Shown one piece after another: positions 36,877 to 49,338 of a DNA stretch of 64,000 bases. The notes below the pieces were generated by a model. The model searched no databases. It saw nothing but the letters and a program-made list of their open reading frames with translations, and was not told where the DNA came from. The stretch lies in NCBI GenBank assembly GCA_053919585.1, contig CM132807.1. One strand, written 5' to 3'. A program made the translations under genes and the position numbers. How positions within the stretch are numbered: position 1 is the first letter of the stretch; each line of letters starts with the position of its first letter. This stretch comes from Euprymna scolopes (taxonomy: Eukaryota).

Positions 36877-39800
36877 ATGGATCTCAAGCTTGTATGAATT
36901 TCCGAGAACTAAGGGCCGACTCGGGAAAATTGCGCTTGGGTTTGGACCTGCAGCACCTTGGAGTGGATATTTGTTGCGTGCAGGAAACACACTTTATTCC
37001 TGGTAACCATTTACGTGCGCTGTCTAAGACCTTTTGTGCTCACTCAACGTACTTTAATTTTCATTCGAGAGGGGTTTCCTGGCTAGTTAAAAGGTCTTTA
37101 GATGTGTCGTATGACCCGTGTTACATGAACCTTGAGGAAAGACTGTGTGTTTTGGATGTTACCATAAAGGGAAAGGCTTTTCATTTTATCGGGGGTTATG
37201 CGCCCGATAGCCACGTTGCGCGAGCTGCCTTCTTTCGGCGAATTGAGCAGTCTATGTATACTTCTCGAACGGTTATCTTAGCGGGAGACTGGAACGCGGT
37301 CCTGGATCCCGAGTTAGATCGATTATTACCATCTAGGGGAAATAACAGAGCTTGGGATGCTTTTTTATTTCGTGAATTTGTGAGCAAGTTCGATCTTATC
37401 GACAAATTCCGAAATGAAAAGCCCCGTGCGTCAGTGTTGACTTGGACAGGTAGACGCGGCTCCGGTCTGGTACAACTCTCGAGTTGTATCGACCGGCTCT
37501 TAGTAAGGCAAGTCGACGTAGGAGTATTGAATTGCCCAAATTTCCACAATATAGTTTACTCGGATCACAGACTTATCCGTGTACGGGTTAACTTAGATAG
37601 ACTTAAGCCTAGATTAGCCGGTTATTGGAAGCTCAACACGTCGTTTTTCGACGTGAAGGGCTTATGTGACGGGCTACTACTAATCCTAAAAAGGGAACTT
37701 ACGGATGCAATTATTGGGAATAAGTGGTGAGTAAAAATTAAGGAAGTCATTAGATCCTTGCCTGCCAATTTTAGCAAAAGACTCGACCTAGAATCTAGGG
37801 CAGTTAAAGCGACATTAGAGTCTAGATTAGATCGAGCAAGGAGGATTGTTAGTGTTTATATAATTAAGGCTTAGCTTGCCTCCCTTACTGAACAGAAGCA
37901 CCAATCTTTAGTGATTAGGGATAGGTTAAAAAGAATGCCCCAGGAAGCAAGAAACATGGCTGCTGAACTGCGTGCAGAAGAATTTCGGCAACCTGCTGAT
38001 AGGCTCATCGCTCATGTCACATTGCCGGACGGCTGTACCGTGACCACAAACATTGCCGGGTGTGCTGGAGGCGTTTTGGTCATTTCCAGGGGCTTTTTTC
38101 CATGAAACCCGATCTTTCATCATATCTTTCGACGACTTAAGTGGCTAGGTGCGAAGGTGGCATAACGGAGGATAAAATAATTGAAACCTTGAAGCGGGTC
38201 GGTTTTAATAAGTCTCCGGGAATCGATGATCTGCCCTACGAAGTGTATTTGAGGTTGTCGCACATCATTATTCCCTTGCTGACGGTTTTAATTAACCCAT
38301 GGTTTAGGAACGGCTCAATCCCCAAGTACTTTACCATGGGTGCCGTAAAGCTTGTTCGCAAAAACAAAGATGGTTTGGATGGGATAGGGAATTATCAGCC
38401 CTTGACGATGCTAAACGCTGAGTTAAAGATTTTGGTCAAGATTCTCGCAAATCGTCTGCGGTTTGTCCTGGCTCGTCTTATTAGCCCCGAGCAAACATGT
38501 GCCGTGAAGGGCAGGACAATCCAAGAAAACTTGGACGCGATACGCTTGATGATAGAAAAAGTCGACACTGAGGCCGCGCTTATTCATTTAGATCAGTCTA
38601 AAGACTTCGATAGGTACTACATTGGTACTAGGGGGCTGTTTCGTCGGCGGCCGGTTTTGGCCCGCAATTTTGCTCGTGGGTTCATCTTCTCTATGCTAAC
38701 CCCGCGGTGATGGTAAAAGTGAATGGGAAGAGGTCGAGACCCCTCAGTCTGTCACGTCTAATTCGCAGGCTATGGGTGAATCCGGTCCTACGCAGGATTA
38801 CTTTACCAGGTGCGGATACTCAGGTAAAGTACTCCGCCTACGCCGACGATGTAATAGTGCTTGTAACGAGCAATGCTGAGATTAGTGTCGTCGGTGTAGA
38901 AATCAGATTGTATGAAACGGTAACAGGGGCCAAAATTAACTGCGACGGTTTTGCGCATCGGTGCCTGGAAGGGTATGCCCCTTAAGGGACCGTTTAGTTA
39001 GAGCGACGAGCCTTGCAAAATACTCGGCGTTTGGTTTTGTCCTGACCTCCAGCTGGTGAAAAATTGGTCCGAGGGTCTGAAAGCGGTACGGTCCGCAGCC
39101 GCGCTGTGAATCAGTAGAAACCTTTCATTAAAGGGGAGAACGAAGGTGTGTAATATCCACATCTATCCAATCTTTATTTATCGTCTATCAGTTCTTCCAA
39201 TCCCGTCCGATACTCTGCTATATCTGCAAAGGACTCTTTTCAACTTCTTATGGCTTGAGTTTCTCTCAAGAGTGAAGGAAAGCCTCTCTAATGCTCTGCT
39301 GTTGTCTCGAAAGGCATTATATCGGGTTTTAGTGAAAGGGTCCGTAAGGATGTTATCGGTGAAGGGCTCCCTTTGACGGACCGGCAGCTCCGCTCAATTT
39401 GGGTTGGCCGCCTGGGTCGGGGTGTCTCACTAACGATGAGGCTTCCCTGGCCTGGCTGGTAATTCGAGATGCTTTCTGGGTCGGTAAGAGACTTTATTCA
39501 GTTGGCTTGGCAATTTCGCCTATTTGTAAACGGTGCGGCGATGAGGTCGAGACTTTATGTCACGCCTTCGTTTATTGTCGCATCGTGGTGCCGCTAATAG
39601 AGTTTGTTACAGGTCTCATGGTTCGCATACTGAACATATCGTAACTAAATTTGGTTCCTATCAATGTCTGTAGCAATTGGACGCCGAAAACAGATAGGCT
39701 TAGAAAAGAAATGTGCCTGATCTTGCTAGCGGTTATGGAGGTTCTACGGATCTGAAGACTTCGCTCCCCTCGACCTTATACGAATATTCCGTTATCATTT

Positions 39801-39900
39801 GAAGGTTCGTATCAAGGCCGAGAGAGTTAAACTCTTTTCCTCGGACTTTGTTGGGTGAGAGAAGCAAATTTTAACTGGTTCTTGGATGTGCCTTAGAGAA
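36877..39900 (+). pseudogene. Disrupted Tx1 ORF2 (APE-RT-CCHC)
   Basis: CVQETH, GDWN, SDH, YWKLN, KSPGID, YQPLTMLN, DQSKDFD, YADD, CKRCGDEVETLCHAFVYC. Confidence 0.92.
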
Positions 39901-41035
39901 AAAGAATTTTAACTAGCAGAAACGAAGTCAGCTCTTACTCGCTTTTAGTTCAGAGTAGGTCACGCTTTAGAATAGAGTAGGACCAGTTTTGTAGGCCGTT
40001 GTGTTCATAACCTAGCTAGTGTGTGAAAGTGATCATTAGGCCCCGTTTTATATTTGTCCCGGGGTTTTTGGCCCCATTCCCCTCCACAGTTAGGTAACAG
40101 ATCGCTTGATTTGGCAGAGATGCTGGTTCCCTTTCGAAGTTTTCGAAAGAGGTGCTGTTCGGGCCCACATCACCATTTCAACTGGCAAATCAACGTATCT
40201 GCCACAGTTTAGTAAGTGGGGGGCCTTTCGTTACTAACATTGTACATAATTCATTTATATATTGTATTATATAATTTTTATATTCCAAATCCACCTTTTT
40301 CTTATGGATTTTAATTAGGTTATCATAATATGATGTTCTTATGGTGAGTGCTGAAGGGTTTATACGCTGATGGACGTATAGTATGAATGTGGTATTGTGG
40401 TGAAAGTAGAGTGAAAGTAGGAAATAGTTAGGTTAGATTAGTTAGTATTAGTCAGCAGAGATCGTCCCTCCCCCTCCCATGTTCGGCCTTGTGCCAAATT
40501 TTTCTATTTTACTGTCAAAATTGAAAATAATATCTACCCTATTAAAATAATATCTACCCTATTGTAGTGCAAAAATGTTGTAATGCCCACTTTTCGAAAC
40601 TATAATTTCGATATCGCTTGAAAGCTACTTGTTTCTTGAAATTTTAAACGTTATTTTTGTTTTCAGCATTTTCGATTGGACAAAACGTAATTAAAACGAT
40701 TTGTTTTTTTTCACTCTTACAGTCAGCTTTGAATAGATCCCTTCAATCCACCATTTGAAAAAGAGGTTATTCCGAAATATATAATGGAAGTTATAACATA
40801 AAATAGAACCCCTACAAGTAAGATACTTATGCGTAATACAATTAAATATATATATAGAGAGAGATATATATGTATATACTTATTGATTTGCAAATTGTCT
40901 CATGTTTTGTCTTCCGTCCTCAACACCAACTAGATCAAATCCATCGCATTATGATAGCCTTTTAATCGCTTCAACATGCCTATCCCACACACAGCTTTAA
41001 GCAAACTGCATCTACTTTCAAGCAAACTACGTCTC

Positions 41036-41094
<59 letters not shown>

Positions 41095-41095
<1 letters not shown>

Positions 41096-43040
41096 TAGCA
41101 GAAGTGTCCGTCGTTGACTGGGTTCAAAAACAGCCTACAGAAAATGGACTGTGATTGATGAAAGTCTGATAGGTTATGAAAGGAGGGGGTTGTAAAGAGA
41201 TAGGTTTTGATACTAAAAAATTTTACCCGAAGCAAAATACGATGAAAGTAAAGATAATTTTCGCGAAAATAATTTTTTTATATCAACTTTGTTTCCATTC
41301 GTAGCCAAGAGTGACCCAAAAAAATAATGTTTCCTTACAAAGAGAAAATGTTATATATATAATAATATAAATACACAATAAATAAATGTTACCATAGTCA
41401 ATAAAAGTTATTTTTATGGTAGAAAAGTTCATTGGTTTGTATTTTTAAGTAGTTTGTAATTTTTTTTTTTAATTCACAAACCGGTTTAAAAAAAATCAAA
41501 ATGGCAGCGACTTTGAAATGGAGAGCCCCGTTTTCAATTTGAAGGACGGGCACCTTAGCATTATGTGTTAACAATTTAAGAGAATTCCCTCAACGTAAGG
41601 AATATTTATAAACATATTTTAATGTTTTCCGTTATTTTGTGCTTGAGGAATATTTGATTATGGCATGTGTAGTTTATATAAAAATTCATCTAAGTAGTTA
41701 TTGCCTCAAATTTCGTTTTAATTTCGGTTCGCTGAAATTATTTCAAGTAAAGAGCATTAAAAACTATTTTAAAACAAAATAAAACATGAACTGAACTTTT
41801 ATTGACTATGGTAACATTTATTTCCTGTATATTTATTTTTTCGGGTAGCCGTTTGTTGTCTTTTCTACTAAACACTATTACTAAATATATCTGCTTAACA
41901 CTCTTACTAAATATATCGACGAAATATTGAAAAACAAAGAAACAAAAACAGTTTGGAAAAATAATGAAGCTTTACTTACTTTAGTAAAATAATCTGAAAC
42001 AGCAAAATGAGATCTTAAAAACAAAACATGTAATTACTTTAGTTCTTTAAAGCAAAGAATCGATATAAATATGAATAAGAAGAAAATGGCGCCCTTTTCA
42101 AGCAGAACAGCTTCGTTTCAGTTTTACAGTATTGAACGGTGTATTATTGCGCCGTCGGATTCAGGGTTGTACTCCTGTACTGTAAAGAACACGCAGAAAG
42201 GGTTGTAATCAACTGAATTCCTTCAAGTACACTGACAAAAAAAGCTTAAACAGATATATAAATAAAAGTAAAACGGTTATTTAAATGTTTTTTAAAAGAC
42301 ACGTAATCACGTGAGCCGTTTTTTTCCTTCTTTTGATACGATAACAAGTAACGTTCTTATTTTTTATTATTTATCCATTTATCTATTTTCGAAAGAGTGC
42401 CATGTGCACGTGGAGAAGGAAAAAAACAGAGCTATGCAAAATGTATGTCGAGAATATCTAAATTTCCGACTTGTTTTTTTGGTTTTCATTTTAATAAGAA
42501 CGCGAATTTATGAGGTGAATTTATTCGACACAATATGATTCAACTCAAAAATATAAATAAAAGCTAACGTGAATTAAGATTAAAGTTAAGGTGTTATTGT
42601 GGACCCTCACCCCTTTTAAAAAACCTTGTTAAACTTTGTGACATATTTACATTCTATGGAGGTCAGGCGCGAACGAACACAATAATTTTATTATACCGTA
42701 TTTCTTCAAACTGAAACATAATTATCAAAGTATACTTACGCAGATAGATATGAAAAGTATTTGGTAAAGTTTGTGCCATATTTCCATGGAGTACAGGCGC
42801 GAATGCAGACCCCAGAATTTTATTATACCATCCCTATTTAAGTTGAAACATACCTATCAAAGTATTCTTATGTACATCTATATCAAAAACCCTTGTAAAC
42901 GGTTTTTTTCATTTTTTTTATTTCCATACTTTGGGGGGCAGGCGCGAACGCAGACCCCACAATTTCAATGAATCACCGTTCTGCCAGATCGAACATACCC
43001 ATTCCTGATCCTTGATACATCTTCTATGATTATATATAAT
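41095..43040 (-). mobile_element. Old non-autonomous Helitron with internal inverted and tandem repeats
   Basis: CTAG plus degenerate hairpin at 41095-41122. Inverted repeat 41366-41409 / 41794-41836. CAGGCGCGAA units at 42664, 42794, 42939. 5' end uncertain. Confidence 0.55.
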
Positions 43041-43089
43041 CAGTTTTTAAAATAGTCAACCATATAGGAGCCTACTCGTGACATCAGCT

Positions 43090-43159
<70 letters not shown>

Positions 43160-43439
43160 TCCTAGACTTACTCTATACACTAATATCGTCGAAGCGATGC
43201 TTAAATTAAACAGCAGTGTCGAAAAATTAAAGATAAATTTTGTAGACAAGTATTTATATATGGATTTGTGTTCTTCCATCTTATGATAATCATAGGCGTT
43301 CTTACTACTTATTTTATGAATCGTTCTGCACCCGAGTTGTGTTTGAGAGATCTACAGAACATGATTTTAACGCACTTTACTCGAAGTTTTGGGTTGACCT
43401 GGTTGGCGTCGTCGTATCTGTTAGACGCATTTGCGCAAC

Positions 43440-44240
43440 AATAATACATATAAAACAACGTTATTCTTCTCTATAGAAAAAATAGTTAAAGTATTTACAT
43501 GCTCTACATCTTGGTTGAGGTTCTATATGTCTTTATATAGGAGGTTAATTTGTGAGAATTGCGTAGTCTTTTTACATTCTTATTTTAGATCAGTTGCCAA
43601 TTTTGTGTCTCTGTTGTTGTCATTTCAATAAAAACAATATAAGTTTTAATGCACTTAACAAAACTCACACATCTAATCAGCAGTTTTAAATGTCAAAATT
43701 TCAAATGATTTCGTGTACATTTCTCACTCCAAAAAATGTTTTGACCCGCTTTAATCAACGTAATCCCATATGTCACCGAGGAGGCAGATAAATTATGAAC
43801 ATACAAGAAACTTGTAGGCTTTATGAAGTAACTTCTCTTGTGAGAACAATTGTGGTAAAATTAAGATTAGTTGTGAAATAAGAAATTGAATTTTAAAATT
43901 TATTGATAACAAAAAATTTACAGAGAAACAAATGGTATATTCTAAAATAGACATTGCCCAAGGTAACCAACATCTACATGTACGCATTTAAAAAATCACA
44001 CAAGAATGAAGCAAAATATAGAAATGCTGATTAAAAGCAAAATATGTAAATACAGATTGTAAACATCCTCGCAGTGAATAATACCAAAAGTAAAGAAACA
44101 GCAAATAAAGAAGGAAAGACAAAATCGATAAAAAGGGGGTATATGTGTGTTTCTTAAACTCACCAAAAAATGACACACGAAAACACGAATGAATGATAAG
44201 CTGCGAAATATGAAGTAAATAAATTTTTAGTGGGCAAAAA
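43440..44240 (-). pseudogene. Possible decayed class A GPCR pseudogene, adjacent to the mariner insertion
   Basis: Hydrophobic TM1/TM2-like segments, TM3-like CWLPWAMSILEYTICF, TM4-like LILILPQLF, TM6-like RTSTKM. Confidence 0.35.
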
Positions 44241-44245
44241 CATTT

Positions 44246-45723
44246 TTAGATTGGCGCAAAAATAATGTTTTTATTTTCAGGTTCAATTTCAAAAGATCAC
44301 AACTCCTTTTATAATGAACTTAATTAATAGAAGTAAAAAAAACATTAGAATTAACAAATTTCTGCTAATGAGAAACAAGTTTATTGATCCCATTAGCACA
44401 GAAATCTGTATTTCTGGAAGCGATGAAGTCATTGAAGGCCGATTCAGCATCATCTCGACTTTTCAGGCATTTTTCGCACAGGAAGTTGTCGAGATGCTTG
44501 AAAAAGTGATAATCAGTTGGCGAGATGTCCGGTGAATATGGCGGATTAGGCCAGATCTCGTAGCCCAATTCGTTCAGTTTCGACAGGGTCAATTGAGCAA
44601 CATGTGGGCGAGCGTCGTCAAAGTAGAGAATTGGTCTTTTTATATTAACCAATCTCTAGCACATACGTTGCAGTTTCTGGTGCATTTCATCAATTTGTCG
44701 ACAGTACTTTTCCGCCGTAATCGTTTCGCCCAGATTCAAGAAGGTGTGATGGATGAGTGTTGGAGACGCCCCTCCATGGATTAACGTCACTTCCGGCAGT
44801 CAGAGATTGGCACGCGACCAAGAAGGTCGTGTGCAAACACCCAACCGTTGAGGAATGGAATTGCTCAACCTTCTTTTTCCTGTAATATATGTGAATATAT
44901 GTTCGTTCTTAAATGCCCTGTGTTCCTCCGTTTTTATTACCATTTAACTCCATAACAATGAGATTGGCCGCAGACCACCAAACATCACCATAACTTTTGT
45001 AGGTGCAATTTCGGCTTCGGGAAGTGTTGTGGAGTTTCTCCGGCATCCAACAACTGTGGTGAACGTCGCGGGTTGTCGTAGAGGATCCACTTCTTATCAT
45101 ACGTAACAATTCGCTCGATAAATGGATCATTTTTATTGCGCAGAATGAGCGTAGAAGACACCTTAAAACAACGATTTTTTGTATTATCGTTCAATTCATG
45201 CGGCACCCATTTATCCAACATTTTGATCCCTATTTGCTTTATATGGCGGATGACTCTTCAGTGGTCAACACTGAATTCAACAACAACAACTTCTCGTGTT
45301 GTTTTGCGAGAATCGGCTTCAATTAAGGTTATCGAATATTCGTTATCAACAGCAGTCAGCCGGCCGCGAGCGTTTTCATCTTCGAAACTCTCGTCACCAT
45401 TGCAAAATTTGTTGAACCACCGCTGTGCTATACGTTCATTAGTGGTTCCTGGACCAAACACATCATTGATATCACGAGCTGCCTCGGCAGCTTTGCGGCC
45501 TAGCTTGAACTAGAACAAGAAAATGATGCGGATTTGAATTTTGATCATGCTGCCGAAAAGTTTGCAAAAAATGAATGAAGATATTGAGAACTATAACGAA
45601 TAACACGATTCGATAGGGCGAAAAACGATATATAACATGTATAACATGTCAATGAATTAAAAAATAATATATAAAAGTAATATATATATATAAGAAAACG
45701 ATATTGTTATTGCACCAACCTAA
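44246..45723 (-). mobile_element. Mariner element (DD34D) with decayed transposase ~44330-45548
   Basis: TIRs TTAGATTGGCGCAA / TTGCACCAACCTAA(TA). WVPHEL, VTYDKKW, DDARPH..YSPDISPTD with 34-residue spacing. Confidence 0.95.
44758..44957. mobile_element. 200-bp solo LTR inserted in the mariner transposase
   Basis: TGTT..AACA termini and perfect 5-bp TSD ATGAG. Removal restores WWSAANLIHHTFL. Confidence 0.88.
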
Positions 45724-47211
45724 TACAAGCAAAATCGCAGGAGGTATTAGAAGAAATATACTTTAGAACATAATAATGCAAAGGGATCGACTATCGAAGC
45801 GATAATATTCAACGTGAAGGAACCATTGAGATTTTTACTAAGCAGGAGATGAAGCGGAAGAAGGCAGCAAATGTAACAGATACATGACGCTAGCTATAGA
45901 GCAAAAAGGAATACAGAACACGCAAAAAGCATTTTGCACCAAAAATGTATGCGAAAAACAAAAATTCTGGCTATAAAAAGCTAAAATAAATTGGAATGAA
46001 AAGAAAAACGGTACTTGTAAAAACGATAGAATTAATCAAAACAGTTGAAGAATTAGTAAACATTCCCAAGTGCAGAAACAAATTCAGATTACTAGATAAC
46101 GTTAACAAATTAGGAGGAAGCACAAATAAGATAACACTGTATGAATACAATGAGGAAACATGTACGAAACAAAGGAAATTCAAATTGCCAAGGTGGAAAA
46201 AACGTAGAAAATTCCCATAGAAAGTGCACATAGAAAATCACCGAAGAAAATCACCATAGAAAAGACTCATGAATCATCAGTTAGAATGTTAATACCGAGA
46301 AGGATAAACATTTTAATCGCATTTGGAAAAGATACAATCCAATAGATAATTATGGGCATTTAAGTTTCATCTAAACTCAACAGTTCTAACCAACCGGAAC
46401 TGATTCACAAATAGATTTTACGATAATGCAGAATTTTATACAATAGTGATTAATAAAAATATAGAGAGTACTAGAAATTTGGCTAGATATTATGAATTGG
46501 ACTCCAGGAGAAATCCAACTCTTTTTGCTAGTAGAACACTGCTTGTAATTACTTGCCGATAGCTCATACTGAGTAAATAGCTATGATATTTCCGTCTGAG
46601 ACAAGCACTGAAAAAGTGTTTTTGTCATAAGTGGGTAAATCAAAAGCTCCATGCGACTGCGATCATGTGACACAAATGTTACTGAATATTGATGTCGCAC
46701 AAGTCACAAATGCATTCACTGTTTTGCATGAAGCATGTGTTAGTTAGAACGCTATGTTAAGAGTGTCTACCGTGTTTCTTCACAACCGATCAAAAACAAT
46801 GTCGTAACGGAACAAAACATATTCTTTTTCAATATGTGACAATAAATCTAACATAATTTGCCAGTTAATTTAAAAGTTTGATCGCCAGAAGGGAAAAACA
46901 GGTTGAAGCCGCCCAAAGCAACCAAAACCACAAACGGAAGTCTTGGTATTCATTTTTTACGTTTTGCAAGTATTTTCGGATTGATTATTATATATTACAA
47001 GTGAAGAATCCATAGTGAATATTGTATAGTATTATTCTTCAAGTTGAATGACAAAAACACACAATTTAAGTAGAAAACAGGGTTCTTTCTGCAAGACAAG
47101 ACATAATGTTACAAGTCGATAACAACCATGACAAAGCTACAGTAACTTTATTTAGAACTGTTTCGGCACTCACTTTATTCTCAACATTTCGCAACAGTGA
47201 CCATTAGCTGT

Positions 47212-47654
47212 TTTTTTGTTTTTTTTATTTTACAAATGGATCACCCCTTATCAAGGCACAGAAGCCACTCGCGGATAAGAGTTAAAGAGTGCACAGTGGT
47301 CAAAAAGAAAATGTAGTAATCGTTAGATGTGTAGATTTGGTAAACTGGATTACTTAAGGGAACGGCTCATCAAGAACTTGGACTTGAAGACGGTCATGTT
47401 GTAGTCAGATGGAAAGCAGGTAAACGGAAAAGAAGTCCATGGGCGGGCAGTACCTAGAAAGAAGCTTTGTTCATGGAATCTACGTTTAGGTTTAGCACAG
47501 ATAAAGGGCAGGGGAAATTATTGATGTTTTAAGCAAAGCGAATGTTTCTCGTGAATGTTTGGCGAGGTGAGACCATATATTGGAGTTCATACGAGCACTT
47601 TTCATGACTATAACGATAAAACAGAGACAAGCTCGCAACGTCTCTTCTGTGAGA
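47212..47654 (-). mobile_element. Older 5'-truncated copy of the 126-3041 LINE family
   Basis: SHRRDVASLSLFYRY, homologous 3' UTR, T-rich tail. Confidence 0.92.
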
Positions 47655-48184
47655 ACATATCAGCAGATGCAAAACACTGGGGCTGCAGTTTTGCCATTTG
47701 GTGAATGGATTCTGGACCATGCAGTATACTCTGGTGGTTACGGACCTAGGAATGATGCACATTATTTTCTAAGGTAAAGGTCAAAGGTCAAGATGAAAGT
47801 TTATAGCCTCTCCCATAGACCACACTACTGGACCTATCATGACCGAACCTGACAAACCTACCTCGGGGTAGTGCACACCAATTTTCCAGGTCAAAGTCAA
47901 AGGGTAAGGTGCGGTTGTTCATAAGCTCCTCTCACCTACGGATGGTGCATACAAAGTTGGGATTCGCCAGCATTCTAGGAGTCGCCACCATAGCGCAGGT
48001 CAACTTTTTTGTGAATTTGAATCAGATTACTCCTCCGCCTGTATCTCCTCAACCAACCTTGATGACATTTGGTCTTGTGGTGGTCCCTAACATAAGTTAA
48101 TATTTATTTATTTATTTATTCATTAAAATTTATTGACTGTATAGGTCAAAGTTAAAATAATTTTGACCTTCCTAAATACCAAAA

Positions 48185-49280
48185 CTATTGTAACGAATAC
48201 GAACTAAAGATGCAACCGAATGAAGTAGAAACGAAACTGAAAAAGATTAGCAAGATAATAAGCTGCAATTCAAAAGTCAAAGTGAAAAGAAGAGAAAGAT
48301 TAACAAATTTGGAAAAGGCAGCCCAACATGAAGCTGACAGAACTAGACATGCTGAAAGGCAGTTGAGTTCATCACAATAAGAAATCCAAGAAACACAAAG
48401 ATATGGTCGGGGAAGGGAAACAATACAACGAGCAAATGAAACAAAAGAATAACAAGACGTACACGAGGTAAATGACACAAATGACGAAAATAAGAATACG
48501 TGCACAGGGTCACTGAGAGAAGCAATGCAAAGAGTAAATGAAACAAATAAGGAAACAAACATAAGATGTAAACGAGGTGAAACTCAAAGACGAAATGAAT
48601 GAATCAGAAGCCGACACAAATATCACTTAGCATTCATGTCGCACAATTTTCAAATACATTTACTAAGGCGTGAACGAGATGGCGTAAGGAGAGAGAGTAT
48701 GACTTTGCCCCATCAAATGCCGGAAAATAAAAACAGACCAAAATTACTGCTTTGAGACAACATAGAATAGAAAATTGCAACAGAAAAAGAATTGTTCTAT
48801 AACAAAAATGGCCATCTCACTACAGCTGACATTAGGAAGAATAGACAAAGTATATCAGCATGGCTCAGCTGTGAAATTTTAAGGAAAGATCTTTAGTTGT
48901 TGTTCTTTTTTTCTGGCAACGTTCTGCTTGATAGCTGTTCAACACTGTTTTAGTTGCTGCACGATTTTCTCTTAGGAAAAGGTCCGACTGAATTTTTCAT
49001 GAAAACAACGACCTATTTTTTTCAAATGAAAACATCAAAGAAGATGATTGAAGAAGTAAACTTGGAACAACACAAAGTTGTCATAAATGAAAACCGAAGT
49101 CCGCAAAGAGAGCATCCGCGGCGATTTAATTCCCCAACAACTACAACGTATGCTATTGGAATATTAATGGAGAACGAAATGACAACAAACCGAGAAATAG
49201 TCTTGCGTTTGAAAAAATAATAAATTGAAAACGATTTCCGAAAGGCATCCTCTCTACGAGACGTTAATGTACCTGTGAAT
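48185..49280 (+). pseudogene. Decayed Helitron RepHel fragments
   Basis: Charged N-terminal repeats. KVVINENRSPQREHPRRFNSPT..NREIVLR..ISERHPLYETLMY resembles the RepHel EHxRRFNAP..YDxLQYP region. Confidence 0.78.
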
Positions 49281-49338
49281 GTACCTCTATGGGTCTTTAT
49301 CTTGCGAAGTCTACATGATTTATGTTATAAACGCAGGA

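Larger units (their letters stand above)
34933..40563 (+). mobile_element. Full-length decayed L1/Tx1-clade LINE
   Basis: ORF1 and ORF2 remnants. 3' tail with a 20-bp duplication AAAATAATATCTACCCTATT. Confidence 0.92.
33500..40680. mobile_element. Foldback MITE whose right arm is interrupted by the 34105-40563 composite insertion
   Basis: 33590-33802 is inverted to 33868-34104. 33515-33600 is inverted to ~40580-40670. Confidence 0.7.

Noticed and set aside
45996-46220. 74-aa Lys-rich ORF
   Set aside because: Explained by A-rich composition; no motif.
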